A stretch of DNA of 64,000 nucleotides, taken from the IMG/VR virus record IMGVR_UViG_3300042558_004043; one strand, written 5' to 3'. This document shows, piece after piece, positions 19,508 to 29,020 of the stretch. The notes beneath the pieces are model-generated. The model was not told where the DNA came from. It saw nothing but the letters and a program-made list of their open reading frames with translations, and did no database searches. The translations under genes were made by a program, and so were the position numbers. This DNA comes from a virus (taxonomy: Duplodnaviria; Caudoviricetes). Numbering within the stretch: the first letter of the stretch is position 1; each line of letters starts with the position of its first letter.

Positions 19508-20026
19508 ATGAAAATAATAAACAAATTTAAAAACATACACTTCCTTTGGTTAGTTGGTGTAATATGTTTCCTAACCTTTTATGTACCTGTAAGATACTTT
19601 ACAACTTATGTTGATTATGTACCTGAGTGGACCTTACTCATTTTCATATTCTGCACAATGATGCCATTATGGTTTCACGAGTTTCTTTGGAGAACATCAA
19701 GGGTTGGGTCGGATGAATATAATGGGTTCCACGAATTACATTTTGAAGACAAAAAATGGAAAACACTAACCTGTAATCCTTTTTACTTCCTTAGAAAATA
19801 TTTTAAATGGCAGAGAAGAAGAATCATATTTTGGACTGCTAGTTTATTATTAATAATTTCTTTATGTTTTGGATATATTGCCGGTCTTGAAGAGTTTGGG
19901 TTTCATCCATTTACTCCTTTCTATGTTATGAATTCAATTTGGTGGGTCGGAATCATAAAGGATTATGTTGTTTTTAAAAATGATGCAAGAGAAGGTCTTA
20001 TAAATTATAAATTACCCAATTTTTAA
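19508..20026 (+). CDS. multi-pass membrane protein
   Basis: about four hydrophobic segments. Confidence 0.6.
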   Translation: MKIINKFKNIHFLWLVGVICFLTFYVPVRYFTTYVDYVPEWTLLIFIFCTMMPLWFHEFLWRTSRVGSDEYNGFHELHFEDKKWKTLTCNPFYFLRKYFKWQRRRIIFWTASLLLIISLCFGYIAGLEEFGFHPFTPFYVMNSIWWVGIIKDYVVFKNDAREGLINYKLPNF

Positions 20027-20027
20027 A

Positions 20028-21836
20028 ATGAAAAAAATATTATTACCGTTTTTATTGTCTTTAATCTTTTTAAGTTCTCATTCCCAATGCTCGGGTGATG
20101 TAACTTTTACTTTGGATACTCCACCTGCGGCTGACCTTACATATCCGCCTAATACCGTTGTTGAGTTATGTGTTACAATGACAAATTGGAATGGAAATGC
20201 TCAAGGTTCTAATTGGCTCGAGGGATTTGGATTAGCTCTTGGAACAGGATGGATTAACGTTACTCCTGTGACACCACCTAATGATGCGGATAATGATGCA
20301 AGCGGAACTTGGATTTGGGTTAATACTGTCACATCCGATGCCACGGGCCTTACTGCGGGTCCAGGTTATTTCTTCGAGGGGCCATCAGGAACTATAGACG
20401 GAAATCCTGGAAATGATTGGGGTGACTATTGTATGAATGGTGATTGCGTGTGGGAATTTTGTGTATCTATGACCGCATCGGGTATTAGTGCCGACCCTCT
20501 CGATATTGAAGTAACTCCATATTCTGATGGAACTATGGGGAGTTGGGGAACCGAAATGTGTTTTGACCCTCCTGTATCTATTTTTGACGGTGAGGTTGGT
20601 TGCACGGTATATGGATGTACTAATCCAATTGCTTGTAACTATAACCCAAACGCGGGTTGTGATGACGGAAGTTGTAACTTGCCTGGATGTACTGACCCTA
20701 TCGCTTGTAACTATGATTTAAATGCCGATTGTGATGACGGTAGTTGTACATACCCTGGTTGTACTGACCCACTCGCTTGTAACTTTGTTGCAACAGCGGG
20801 ATGTGATGATGGAAGCTGTGATTATTTTAGTATGAGTGATATTACTCACAACTTCATTCCGTGTCCTGATACAACCTGTACTGGTTCAGAGGTAATGTAT
20901 TCTGTTAATGGAGATGAGACTTCAATTTACGATTGGCACATTACCGGAGGTGGGCTTGTAACCACTGACCAAACTTTTAGTTGTGAAATAATTTGGGGTA
21001 ACATACCTGGAACTTATACAATAACAGTTCAGGAGATAACAGAGAGAGGTTGTGTTGGTGATATTAAAACTTGTGATGTTGAGGTTATTATTCCCGATAT
21101 TACATTTGATGAAACTGAATATACAATTTGTTTAAACGGTAGTTTGGATATGACTGCGTCTCCTCCTGGTGGAAGTTGGTCTTCTGAATTTATGAATCTC
21201 AATACATTTATCGGAACAAAACCTGGAACATATTATCCGTCATATATCAAAAACATTCACGGATGTGATATTAGTGAATCAGTTAAAGTAAAAGTTAAAT
21301 CAAAATACGACGCTCCACCAATCACTTTCGCATCTGAATATATTGACCTATGTTTAGAATCAGGTGAGGCTTATTATCTAACACCTGACTCACTAAACTA
21401 CACATACAGTTGGTTTATTGAAAACGCAAAACAACCTGAATCGAGTAATCAATTATTCACTCAATGGCCTGATACATCTCGTGTCTATCTAATTAAAGTA
21501 ATTGGTTATGATGAAATTGGATGTGAGAGTGAGCCGAGTTTAATGTCAATCAAAGTTGAGTCTTGTCAAAGATTCTTCGCACCAAATTCCTTTACTCCAA
21601 ATGGGGATGGGACAAATGATATATTTGAACTGCGAGGTATGTCAGTTTACCAACCGACACTTAAAATATTTGATAGGTGGGGTAATGTGGTTTATCAGTC
21701 AAACAATTTATGGTGGACCGGAGATTGTGGAACTGGTTACTATTGTAACACAGATGTTTATAATTGGTTAATTGAATACCGTGATAAGGACGGATTTAAT
21801 AAAGAAGAAAGAGGTTTTGTAACACTTGTAAGATAA
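20028..21836 (+). CDS. secreted Cys-rich protein with T9SS type B (gliding motility-associated) C-terminal domain
   Basis: signal peptide; GCTDPxACN repeats; C-terminal FAPNSFTPNGDGTNDIF...IFDRWGNVVY...GFVTLVR. Confidence 0.88.
   Translation: MKKILLPFLLSLIFLSSHSQCSGDVTFTLDTPPAADLTYPPNTVVELCVTMTNWNGNAQGSNWLEGFGLALGTGWINVTPVTPPNDADNDASGTWIWVNTVTSDATGLTAGPGYFFEGPSGTIDGNPGNDWGDYCMNGDCVWEFCVSMTASGISADPLDIEVTPYSDGTMGSWGTEMCFDPPVSIFDGEVGCTVYGCTNPIACNYNPNAGCDDGSCNLPGCTDPIACNYDLNADCDDGSCTYPGCTDPLACNFVATAGCDDGSCDYFSMSDITHNFIPCPDTTCTGSEVMYSVNGDETSIYDWHITGGGLVTTDQTFSCEIIWGNIPGTYTITVQEITERGCVGDIKTCDVEVIIPDITFDETEYTICLNGSLDMTASPPGGSWSSEFMNLNTFIGTKPGTYYPSYIKNIHGCDISESVKVKVKSKYDAPPITFASEYIDLCLESGEAYYLTPDSLNYTYSWFIENAKQPESSNQLFTQWPDTSRVYLIKVIGYDEIGCESEPSLMSIKVESCQRFFAPNSFTPNGDGTNDIFELRGMSVYQPTLKIFDRWGNVVYQSNNLWWTGDCGTGYYCNTDVYNWLIEYRDKDGFNKEERGFVTLVR
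20613..20828 (+). repeat. 3x 24-aa GCTxPxACN...CDDGSC repeat
   Basis: visible in translation, 72-bp period. Confidence 0.8.
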
Positions 21837-22093
21837 TGTACGGTAGAAAAGTTATGTTAAGATTATTTTGGACGATTATTGTTATATTTTCATTATGTAT
21901 TATGACATTAATGCTTGGTTGTTCTGGAAGACAAAAACAAAAAGAAGTGGGTGTTTATAATGTGGATACTTTACCACATATCAATTACTCCATTTACATT
22001 ATAGATAGTTGTGAGTATGTAATTTTTTATGGGGGTAGTTCGACTTGGGGAAGTCATAAAGGAAATTGTAATAATCCAAAACATGTTCATTAA
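21836..22093 (+). CDS. putative lipoprotein
   Basis: hydrophobic N-terminus ending LGC. Confidence 0.5.
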   Translation: MYGRKVMLRLFWTIIVIFSLCIMTLMLGCSGRQKQKEVGVYNVDTLPHINYSIYIIDSCEYVIFYGGSSTWGSHKGNCNNPKHVH

Positions 22094-22844
22094 AAATACA
22101 ACGCCATATGTTGGCAGGTTAAAATTTAAATTTGAAAAATACCCGCACTACACAGGTGGTGGTAGTGGTGTTTTAAATAAAGTTCACCTTGATTTGGGAT
22201 TCACCAAGTTGGTTAGTCGAATGATTCCATATCGTAACGAAGATAAATGGGTTATTAATAGTCAGGCCACCAAACTTATAACCAAATATACTGGTGGAAA
22301 AATTGGAACTCACACATTTGGAAAAGATGGTGAAGATGTTCTTGTTAATTCATTTCTTGCAAATGACGGAACCTATATTGGTGATATAGAAAGTGGTTGG
22401 TGGTATTATAACAACAAATTTTATGTTTGCAAGGAATACCCACGAGGAGTTGCTATTAAGTTAAAAACTTATAGTCCTGTAATTAGATTGGTAAATAGTA
22501 TTGAAGATACTTATGAAAATTTTATCACGGAACAGATTGAGAACGATAATGTTGAAGGGTATTATGGTTATACACATCGCGGAGGCACATTGTTTAAGAT
22601 AGGTGACAGAGTGTTTGACAATTACTATCTTCCGGCCGCAAGTGATTATACTGAAGAAGAATGGAATGACTTTAATTTAAAATTCCAAAAATCTATAAAA
22701 AATGCCGATGAGGTAGATATGAAATATATCTATAATGAAGGAATCAAATCAGTTATTCCATTTAACAAAAGAGGGAAAAAAGTTATTAAGACTTGGAAAG
22801 AGGCTAGAGAAGCTGCAATTGCCTTATCAAAACATTTGGGTTAA
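22083..22844 (+). CDS. hypothetical protein
   Basis: start revised from 22029 to MFIKNTT. Confidence 0.6.
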   Translation: MFIKNTTPYVGRLKFKFEKYPHYTGGGSGVLNKVHLDLGFTKLVSRMIPYRNEDKWVINSQATKLITKYTGGKIGTHTFGKDGEDVLVNSFLANDGTYIGDIESGWWYYNNKFYVCKEYPRGVAIKLKTYSPVIRLVNSIEDTYENFITEQIENDNVEGYYGYTHRGGTLFKIGDRVFDNYYLPAASDYTEEEWNDFNLKFQKSIKNADEVDMKYIYNEGIKSVIPFNKRGKKVIKTWKEAREAAIALSKHLG

Positions 22845-22866
22845 TTTAAAGTATTTCGTATCTTTG
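22835..22866 (+). promoter_or_regulatory. Bacteroidota sigma-A type promoter (-33 TTTG / -7 TAnnTTTG)
   Basis: TTTG 22835-38, 20-nt spacer, TATCTTTG 22859-66. Confidence 0.7.
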
Positions 22867-22870
22867 CGGT

Positions 22871-23932
22871 GTGAATGAAATATTAAACAAATATTACGAC
22901 GAGCATTTGATGTATAAACAAGTACATCCCACTCTTCCACTTACCATATGGAACTATTCTGAAAAGGTCCAGTATGATTCGCTATGGAATGATATAACCC
23001 TGCAAACTCGCGGACTTGTTACAGACAATAAAGGAAATATAGTCGCCAGACCATTCAAGAAGTTCTTTAACGATTCAGAAAAGAAACACACCCCAACTCC
23101 TGACTTTGATGTATACGATAAGTTAGATGGTAGTCTTGGAATTTTGTTCCACTATGAAGGTGAATGGGTTCTTGCGACTCGCGGGTCATTCACCTCTGAC
23201 CAAGCGGTAAAAGGATTTGAGATGTTACAAAAGTATGATTATCAAAAACTCCATAAAGATTATACTTATTTGTTTGAAATAATTTTCAAAGAAAACCGGA
23301 TAGTGGTTCAATACCCATACGAAGATTTGATACTACTTGGAATGATACATACCAAAACCGGTTATGAAGTTGATTTATATGGTGAAGGTAATGACGTTAG
23401 ATTGAAGAACTTAATCAATAACCTTAAATTCAAAGTTGTTAAGAAGTATGACGGTATAAATGATTATTCTATCTTAAAGGGAAAGATAAAGGATGATGAA
23501 GAAGGTTTTGTTGTTAAGTTCTCAAATGGGGATAGAATTAAAATTAAGGGTGAGGAGTATTTAAGATTACATAAGATAATGACAAACGTATCAACAACTG
23601 CGGTGTGGGAGATGTTAAGTGAGGGTAGGGATGTTTTGGAGATAATCAAAGATGTCCCTGATGAGTTCTACAACAAAGTTAAAAGTTATGTTAGAGATTT
23701 AAAATATACTTATTTCTCTTTGAGTGAATATGCTGGAAAAACTCACGATGGGTTCCGGTATGGAAAGTTTGGTGATAAAGACCCCGAGCCAACCAAAAAA
23801 GAATTTGCTGAGTTTTTATCAATGAATAACTATAATCCTGTTATAAAAGCATTATGCTTCGCAATGTGGGACAAGAAGGATTATGATAAAATAATATGGA
23901 AACATATAAAACCTGAATTTAGAAAATTATGA
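22871..23932 (+). CDS. T4 Rnl1-like RNA ligase
   Basis: motif I YDKLDGSLG, ARPFKKFFN, FEII, EGFVV, RIKIK; GTG start. Confidence 0.85.
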   Translation: MNEILNKYYDEHLMYKQVHPTLPLTIWNYSEKVQYDSLWNDITLQTRGLVTDNKGNIVARPFKKFFNDSEKKHTPTPDFDVYDKLDGSLGILFHYEGEWVLATRGSFTSDQAVKGFEMLQKYDYQKLHKDYTYLFEIIFKENRIVVQYPYEDLILLGMIHTKTGYEVDLYGEGNDVRLKNLINNLKFKVVKKYDGINDYSILKGKIKDDEEGFVVKFSNGDRIKIKGEEYLRLHKIMTNVSTTAVWEMLSEGRDVLEIIKDVPDEFYNKVKSYVRDLKYTYFSLSEYAGKTHDGFRYGKFGDKDPEPTKKEFAEFLSMNNYNPVIKALCFAMWDKKDYDKIIWKHIKPEFRKL

Positions 23933-24636
23933 AAGTATTGGTATTAGGAAAAGGGAAGTTGGGTAGTGAAATTGTTAAACAAACGGGATGGGATTATTTA
24001 AGTAGAGCCGAACACGAGATTACAATAGATAATTTTGATGAGTGGAAAGGTAGAATGGATGAGTATGATGTGGTTGTTAATTGTATTGCAAACACTGACA
24101 CATATTCTGACAATAAAGAAAAACATTGGAAGGCAAATTATGAACTTGTAACATTCCTTGCCGAGTATTGTGATGATAATAACAAGAAGTTAGTTCACAT
24201 ATCAACCGACTATCTTTATCAGAATTCAGTCGATGAGGCAAAGGAGGAAGACGAACCATTGTTTGACCACACTTGGTATATGTTTACAAAACTTTTGGCC
24301 GATGAATATTTGAAAGAACATGCCAAAAATTATTTGATTTGTCGTCTCTCTCACAAACCTTATCCATTTCCATATGATAGCGCTTGGGATGATGTTATAA
24401 CAAATGCCGATTATACGCCCGTGATTTCAGGACTTGTAATTGAGTTAATTAAGAATGGAGCTGAAGGTCTTTATAATGTTGGAACTGAAAAAAAGACAAT
24501 CTATGAACTTGCTCAAATGACAAATAAGAATGTTAAGAAAATTGTTTCACCACCTCATGTCCCAAAAAACATTTCAATGAATGTAAGTAAGATGGAGAAC
24601 TTTTTAAAACAAGTTACAGAACAAATACCTTCTTAA
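23929..24636 (+). CDS. rmlD: dTDP-4-dehydrorhamnose reductase (RmlD-like SDR)
   Basis: VLVLGKGKLG, VVNCIANTD, HISTDY, YMFTK. Confidence 0.75.
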   Translation: MKVLVLGKGKLGSEIVKQTGWDYLSRAEHEITIDNFDEWKGRMDEYDVVVNCIANTDTYSDNKEKHWKANYELVTFLAEYCDDNNKKLVHISTDYLYQNSVDEAKEEDEPLFDHTWYMFTKLLADEYLKEHAKNYLICRLSHKPYPFPYDSAWDDVITNADYTPVISGLVIELIKNGAEGLYNVGTEKKTIYELAQMTNKNVKKIVSPPHVPKNISMNVSKMENFLKQVTEQIPS

Positions 24637-25235
24637 TATCCACCTTCGTTATCTAATTTATCTTCAATTTCTTGGTATACTCCCGGTAATAAATCTTTCA
24701 TAACAGTTGAGTAAACTACCGGTAGATAATATTCATAATACCATTCAAATAGTTCATCCACGGTATCAAAAGATGTTTTGTGTTTAAGTTGGATGTAGTA
24801 ATCACCACTAGGCGTCTTTTCGGCTATTATATCACCATCTTCATTAAGTAAAGTAAACCAATCAATATCAACAGGAGTCCACGGGTTTCCATCCCAAAAA
24901 GGAGTTGCAAGCACTGAAATATGTTCGTGCATACCTGGTAAAAAATGTTTTGAATCTCTACTCATTTCCCAATATACAATCCCATCTACCCCACTTGAAA
25001 TTTTAAAATTTTTATATTCCCTCGGTAATTTTTTATTCCTAAGATTTTCAATTAATATTTCGTGAGCGGCTTCTGAATCTATTGGATGACCTGAGATATC
25101 TACTAATTTAGCTAAACTTATACCCATCATTTTTGCGGTATCCTTTAACCCAAACTGACTGATATAATCATCAACCGTTTTTTTTAACCGACTTTCTTCT
25201 CTTAATACTTTTTTTATAGATTCTTTTAGGTTCAT
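24633..25235 (-). CDS. leader-bearing hypothetical protein
   Basis: MNLKESIKKVLREE. Confidence 0.6.
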   Translation of the reverse strand: MNLKESIKKVLREESRLKKTVDDYISQFGLKDTAKMMGISLAKLVDISGHPIDSEAAHEILIENLRNKKLPREYKNFKISSGVDGIVYWEMSRDSKHFLPGMHEHISVLATPFWDGNPWTPVDIDWFTLLNEDGDIIAEKTPSGDYYIQLKHKTSFDTVDELFEWYYEYYLPVVYSTVMKDLLPGVYQEIEDKLDNEGGY

Positions 25236-25384
25236 TTCTTTTTCTTTTTAACACAGTTTGGATATCTTTTACCAAACATAGTTTTCATTCCTTTTTGAGT
25301 GTAACCTGGCCAGCACTTTTCAGTTAATTCTGATTCCGTTAGATATTCTTTTAATACTTTTCTTATTGTTTCTTGTAGATTCAT
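25232..25384 (-). CDS. 50-aa leader-bearing mini-protein with CW...PNCV motif (not in ORF track)
   Basis: MNLQETIRKVLKEYLTESELTEKCWPGYTQKGMKTMFGKRYPNCVKKKKK; TATTTAT upstream; ATGA overlap with next gene. Confidence 0.75.
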   Translation of the reverse strand: MNLQETIRKVLKEYLTESELTEKCWPGYTQKGMKTMFGKRYPNCVKKKKK

Positions 25385-25553
25385 GTTAATAAATACCTCT
25401 AAAAAACAATATTTTTTGTTGTGTGATTGAAATAACCTGACTATATTTGCATCAAGGAAATAAAATGGATGTTGGGATTGATGGACATCCCAAGTTTTAC
25501 TCTTATAATTTAATGAGGGGAATTATGCCCATAATGGATAAATTCAAAGTATT

Positions 25554-25766
25554 ATGAGTGAAAAACTTTATATTGTAAAACTAAAACATAATTTAACGGA
25601 TATTGTATTAGGTGAAAAAATTGTTATACCACAAGGGGAAATTATTTTGAATAATATTAATGGAGACACATTATCTCTAATTGACTTTCCCCTTGTGGTA
25701 AGAGAATATGGAAATGGAATTAAAACATTTGCATATAAAACCGACTGTATAATTGAAGAGATATGA
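25554..25766 (+). CDS. hypothetical protein
   Basis: start of packed + strand run; TATATTTG near 25442. Confidence 0.5.
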   Translation: MSEKLYIVKLKHNLTDIVLGEKIVIPQGEIILNNINGDTLSLIDFPLVVREYGNGIKTFAYKTDCIIEEI

Positions 25767-26038
25767 AAATACATTTAACCGAATTAGAAGTACCGTCAAA
25801 GGTAACATTTATGGGGAAAAAACTCTCTTTTTACTCAAAGGGTGTTTATTATAAAACCGAAATATCAAATCCACAAGTTATAACTGTTGTTGATAACAAT
25901 GGAGATGTTATAATGTCAAGTTCCCCTGAACTTACACCTGATAATGTTATTAGTGATAATGATATCGCATCAATAGTTGAGTTTCATAATAGAACCGGTA
26001 ATTTACCTGAATTTTATTTGTTTGAAACGGATAACTGA
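25763..26038 (+). CDS. hypothetical protein
   Basis: ATGA overlap. Confidence 0.55.
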   Translation: MKIHLTELEVPSKVTFMGKKLSFYSKGVYYKTEISNPQVITVVDNNGDVIMSSSPELTPDNVISDNDIASIVEFHNRTGNLPEFYLFETDN

Positions 26039-26054
26039 TATATATATTAGCCAA

Positions 26055-26330
26055 ATGGGAAAAGATTTTTTACCTGATGATTTAATTATTAGACTCAGAG
26101 AATATGGGTTCGATGAATCTGATGTTGATGAAATAATATATCAACAAGCTTTTAGGTGGTTTAGAGAGAAAAAATATTTATTTGGATTTGTTGAGCAAAT
26201 AACCAAAAATACGTATAAATTTTTTGTAAAAGATTTTAGTGAAAATAAAGGGTTGGTATTCTCAAGTTATGTCTATGACAACTACGAAGAAGCCGAATTA
26301 GAATGTTTAAAGAAACTATTTGAAATTTAA
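26055..26330 (+). CDS. hypothetical protein
   Basis: start revised to MGKDF. Confidence 0.55.
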   Translation: MGKDFLPDDLIIRLREYGFDESDVDEIIYQQAFRWFREKKYLFGFVEQITKNTYKFFVKDFSENKGLVFSSYVYDNYEEAELECLKKLFEI

Positions 26331-26334
26331 TTAT

Positions 26335-26580
26335 ATGACAAGGCTAGAACGAAAAAGTGGGTACAAAGAATCTGATACTGTTTCAACAAATAGTATTTTC
26401 GGATTAATGGATGGTGTAATGTTAAAAGTTTTTCGAATTAATGATGAAGAACTTAATAAGATTTGTGAATTGGCAACCGACGATGAGTTGGAGTTATTCA
26501 CAAAGGAGGATAGAACAATTCGCGAATCAAGACAACTATTAACATTTCTAAAAGAAAAAATTTACACAAATGAAGACTGA
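26335..26580 (+). CDS. hypothetical protein
   Basis: packed ORF, start revised. Confidence 0.55.
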   Translation: MTRLERKSGYKESDTVSTNSIFGLMDGVMLKVFRINDEELNKICELATDDELELFTKEDRTIRESRQLLTFLKEKIYTNED

Positions 26581-26761
26581 ACTATATTGTCATAAAACAT
26601 ATCATGATGAATTTTTTCAAGTACATGTAATTCCAAGTTTAACATTTACAAAAAGTGAATATTTTGATATTGAAACCGGAGATTACACAAGTCTTTATAT
26701 ATTTGCCGTAGGGTTCCTTGTATGGGACCTCGGTTTTCAAATCACTAAAAATCAAAAATAA
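26570..26761 (+). CDS. small hypothetical protein
   Basis: packed ORF. Confidence 0.5.
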   Translation: MKTELYCHKTYHDEFFQVHVIPSLTFTKSEYFDIETGDYTSLYIFAVGFLVWDLGFQITKNQK

Positions 26762-26762
26762 T

Positions 26763-26933
26763 ATGTTCAACTTCAAAACTAAAATTATTCAAACCATTGC
26801 CGGTATTTTGGGTGTAAAAGTCCATGTATATATGACCGCATCAAAAGAAAAAACAATTGATACGGATAGTGTTGAAGGCCCAAATGATTTCAAACAACCA
26901 ACAAGCGTTCCTGAACGACAAATCGGAGATTAA
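26763..26933 (+). CDS. small hypothetical protein
   Basis: start revised to MFNFK. Confidence 0.5.
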   Translation: MFNFKTKIIQTIAGILGVKVHVYMTASKEKTIDTDSVEGPNDFKQPTSVPERQIGD

Positions 26934-26936
26934 AAA

Positions 26937-28154
26937 ATGTTTTCTGATAGACTAAAAAAATTAATCGTAGAATACCTACTCAAAGACCTTATGCCGGTTG
27001 AAATCATTTACTACAAAGATAGTATTTGGTTTATCGATAGGGAGCAGAGGTATTGGTATTTTGAATACCATAAAGAAGATAAACATCTTTGGTGGAGATG
27101 GTCTCATTTCCAGTCCGCCCTTACAATGTTTTCACTAAATGGTGAAGAACATCAATATTTGTTTGGCGAATTGGTTAATATTATTTTGAATAAAAAACAA
27201 AAACTTGAAACCAAATATCCCGATAAAGTTTTTAAAACCGTTGGTAGTGTTATGAATTTTAAAGAGGAATCCAAAGAGGTATTAAATTCCAAGGTAAACA
27301 CAACCGGGGTGAGGTATTTTAATGGCGAATGGCGGGTGGAAGAGGTATTAAATTGCGAGGTAAAAAAAACTTTATCTGGAGGAGCTAAAAAAAGTATGGA
27401 GGCACATAAGGTTTTAGACCAAGAGGTGAAAACAGCTAGCGCACAAAAACTCATTAAAGAAGGAATGGTGGATAAGGTATTAAATCACGAGGTAGAAACA
27501 ACTCGCGGATACTTACAAAGTCAGGAGTCAGAGGTGGATGAAGTTTTAAACCACGAGGTAAACACAACGTCGATTCGGTATCTGAGTCGCTTTAGACGGG
27601 TGGAAGAGATATTAAACCACAATGTAGAAACAACAGGGTTTGAGGTTCTGTCATTAAACGCAACGGTGAAAGAGGTATTAAACCACAATGTAGAAACAAC
27701 AGGTTTTGTCTCAGGTTCACGACCACTATCAACGGAGGAGGTATTAAACCACGATGTAAAAACAATTGGTGAAGCATACCACAATGACAATTATGTTACA
27801 GAGGAAATACTAAATAATACCATTGATACATATGATTCAGGTGAGTTGGTGGTAGGTTCATTGATTAATAATGTTTTGAATTATGGAACCGATACAATTG
27901 AAATCAATTCAATTGAAAGGATGAATGGAGAAAGTCCATTTCAAGATATTGTTGTTAGTCATATTCTTGATGAATCGGAAAAGGTTACAGATAAGTTGAA
28001 GATTAAAGAAGATGACCGTGTTAAGTCATATAGTTGTGATGTTTTTATGTGTGATTTTTTAGTTCAAAATGTTTTGGATATTGGGTCAAATTCAATTAAT
28101 TTTGACGTAACATCACAACAGGGCAGAGTTGATGGAGTGTTGAAAAATTCCTAA
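26937..28154 (+). CDS. protein with 22-aa tandem repeats having hypervariable interiors
   Basis: at least nine (E/K)(V/I)L(N/D)xxVxT...-type units, later ones degenerate. Confidence 0.75.
   Translation: MFSDRLKKLIVEYLLKDLMPVEIIYYKDSIWFIDREQRYWYFEYHKEDKHLWWRWSHFQSALTMFSLNGEEHQYLFGELVNIILNKKQKLETKYPDKVFKTVGSVMNFKEESKEVLNSKVNTTGVRYFNGEWRVEEVLNCEVKKTLSGGAKKSMEAHKVLDQEVKTASAQKLIKEGMVDKVLNHEVETTRGYLQSQESEVDEVLNHEVNTTSIRYLSRFRRVEEILNHNVETTGFEVLSLNATVKEVLNHNVETTGFVSGSRPLSTEEVLNHDVKTIGEAYHNDNYVTEEILNNTIDTYDSGELVVGSLINNVLNYGTDTIEINSIERMNGESPFQDIVVSHILDESEKVTDKLKIKEDDRVKSYSCDVFMCDFLVQNVLDIGSNSINFDVTSQQGRVDGVLKNS
27276..27869 (+). repeat. 66-bp-period tandem array (conserved about 30 bp plus variable about 36 bp), in frame
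   Basis: gaggtattaaaccacnangtagaaacaac consensus recurring at 27276, 27342 and every 66 bp after. Confidence 0.8.
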
Positions 28155-28208
28155 AGTGTAAAATAAAAAGTTATTTTTTTGTAAAGTAAAATGGTTTAAA
28201 TTTGTAAA

Positions 28209-28442
28209 ATGGAAAAGATTGATAAATTATACGAGCAACTTGAGAACTTTGAAATGGTGCGTTATAGAATGGATGCGGAAGGTTTCCATTATTGTTTCAA
28301 ACATTATTCATTATTTAAAAGAGTTGAAGATGAAAAGTTTCATTCTTTGCGAGAGTCATATATAAAAATTGCCGATGAACTTGAAGAATATGTGAAAAGT
28401 AAAATAATTGAGATTCAAGACAAAATACAAGAAGAACAATGA
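28209..28442 (+). CDS. hypothetical protein
   Basis: 77-aa ORF. Confidence 0.55.
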   Translation: MEKIDKLYEQLENFEMVRYRMDAEGFHYCFKHYSLFKRVEDEKFHSLRESYIKIADELEEYVKSKIIEIQDKIQEEQ

Positions 28443-28591
28443 TTGTAACTTTCCCTTGTAGTAAATCCATCCATATATTTAAGGTGGGAAGGAGACCGGT
28501 GTTTCCTTATAGAATTCACGACTCAATTGAAACGGCAAATAAGTTTTTAATTGAAAGTGGAATTGTTGAACCAAAAATAATTTATGTATAA
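28439..28591 (+). CDS. small hypothetical protein (50 aa, not in ORF track)
   Basis: MIVTFPCSKSIHIFKVGRRPVFPYRIH..., ATGA overlap, fills gap. Confidence 0.45.
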   Translation: MIVTFPCSKSIHIFKVGRRPVFPYRIHDSIETANKFLIESGIVEPKIIYV

Positions 28592-28592
28592 T

Positions 28593-28832
28593 ATGACAGC
28601 AGTAGAGTGGGTGTTTGATAAAATGTTGGATGTTGCCGCAGGTAATTCAAGTTTGACAACCCAAGAAATTCTTGAGAAATCCAATGCAATGTTTGAGGAA
28701 CAAATTTTAGCGGCTTATATGACCGCAAAATTAAAACACGTAGATTGTTTAGGTATTGATGTTATGAAGCGTAAAGTAATTAATGAAACTCAACAATACT
28801 ACAACTCTACATACAAAGGAGGTGAGAAATGA
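28593..28832 (+). CDS. TAVEW-family small phage protein
   Basis: MTAVEW...NAMFEEQILAAY; paralogue of 29017. Confidence 0.6.
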   Translation: MTAVEWVFDKMLDVAAGNSSLTTQEILEKSNAMFEEQILAAYMTAKLKHVDCLGIDVMKRKVINETQQYYNSTYKGGEK

Positions 28833-29020
28833 CATTCCAATTTAATGAACTTAAATCAGGTGACAGAATAAAAACAAGATATTCTGGAATGGCAACAGTA
28901 GTTGAAACTGGTTGTTATGGAGGAAAAATGGTTAAACTGAAATGTGACCACCCTAAATGGTGTTGTCCGTTTTTTTACGAACACGAATTGGAATTAACAG
29001 AAATAGGAGGTGATAAATGA
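28829..29020 (+). CDS. small hypothetical protein
   Basis: GGAGGTGA at 28818, ATGA overlap. Confidence 0.6.
   Translation: MTFQFNELKSGDRIKTRYSGMATVVETGCYGGKMVKLKCDHPKWCCPFFYEHELELTEIGGDK

Noticed and set aside
27276-27869. CRISPR array (66-bp period, repeat/spacer-like)
   Set aside because: Repeats are degenerate, non-palindromic and stay in frame within one ORF with protein-level conservation; no cas genes in the window
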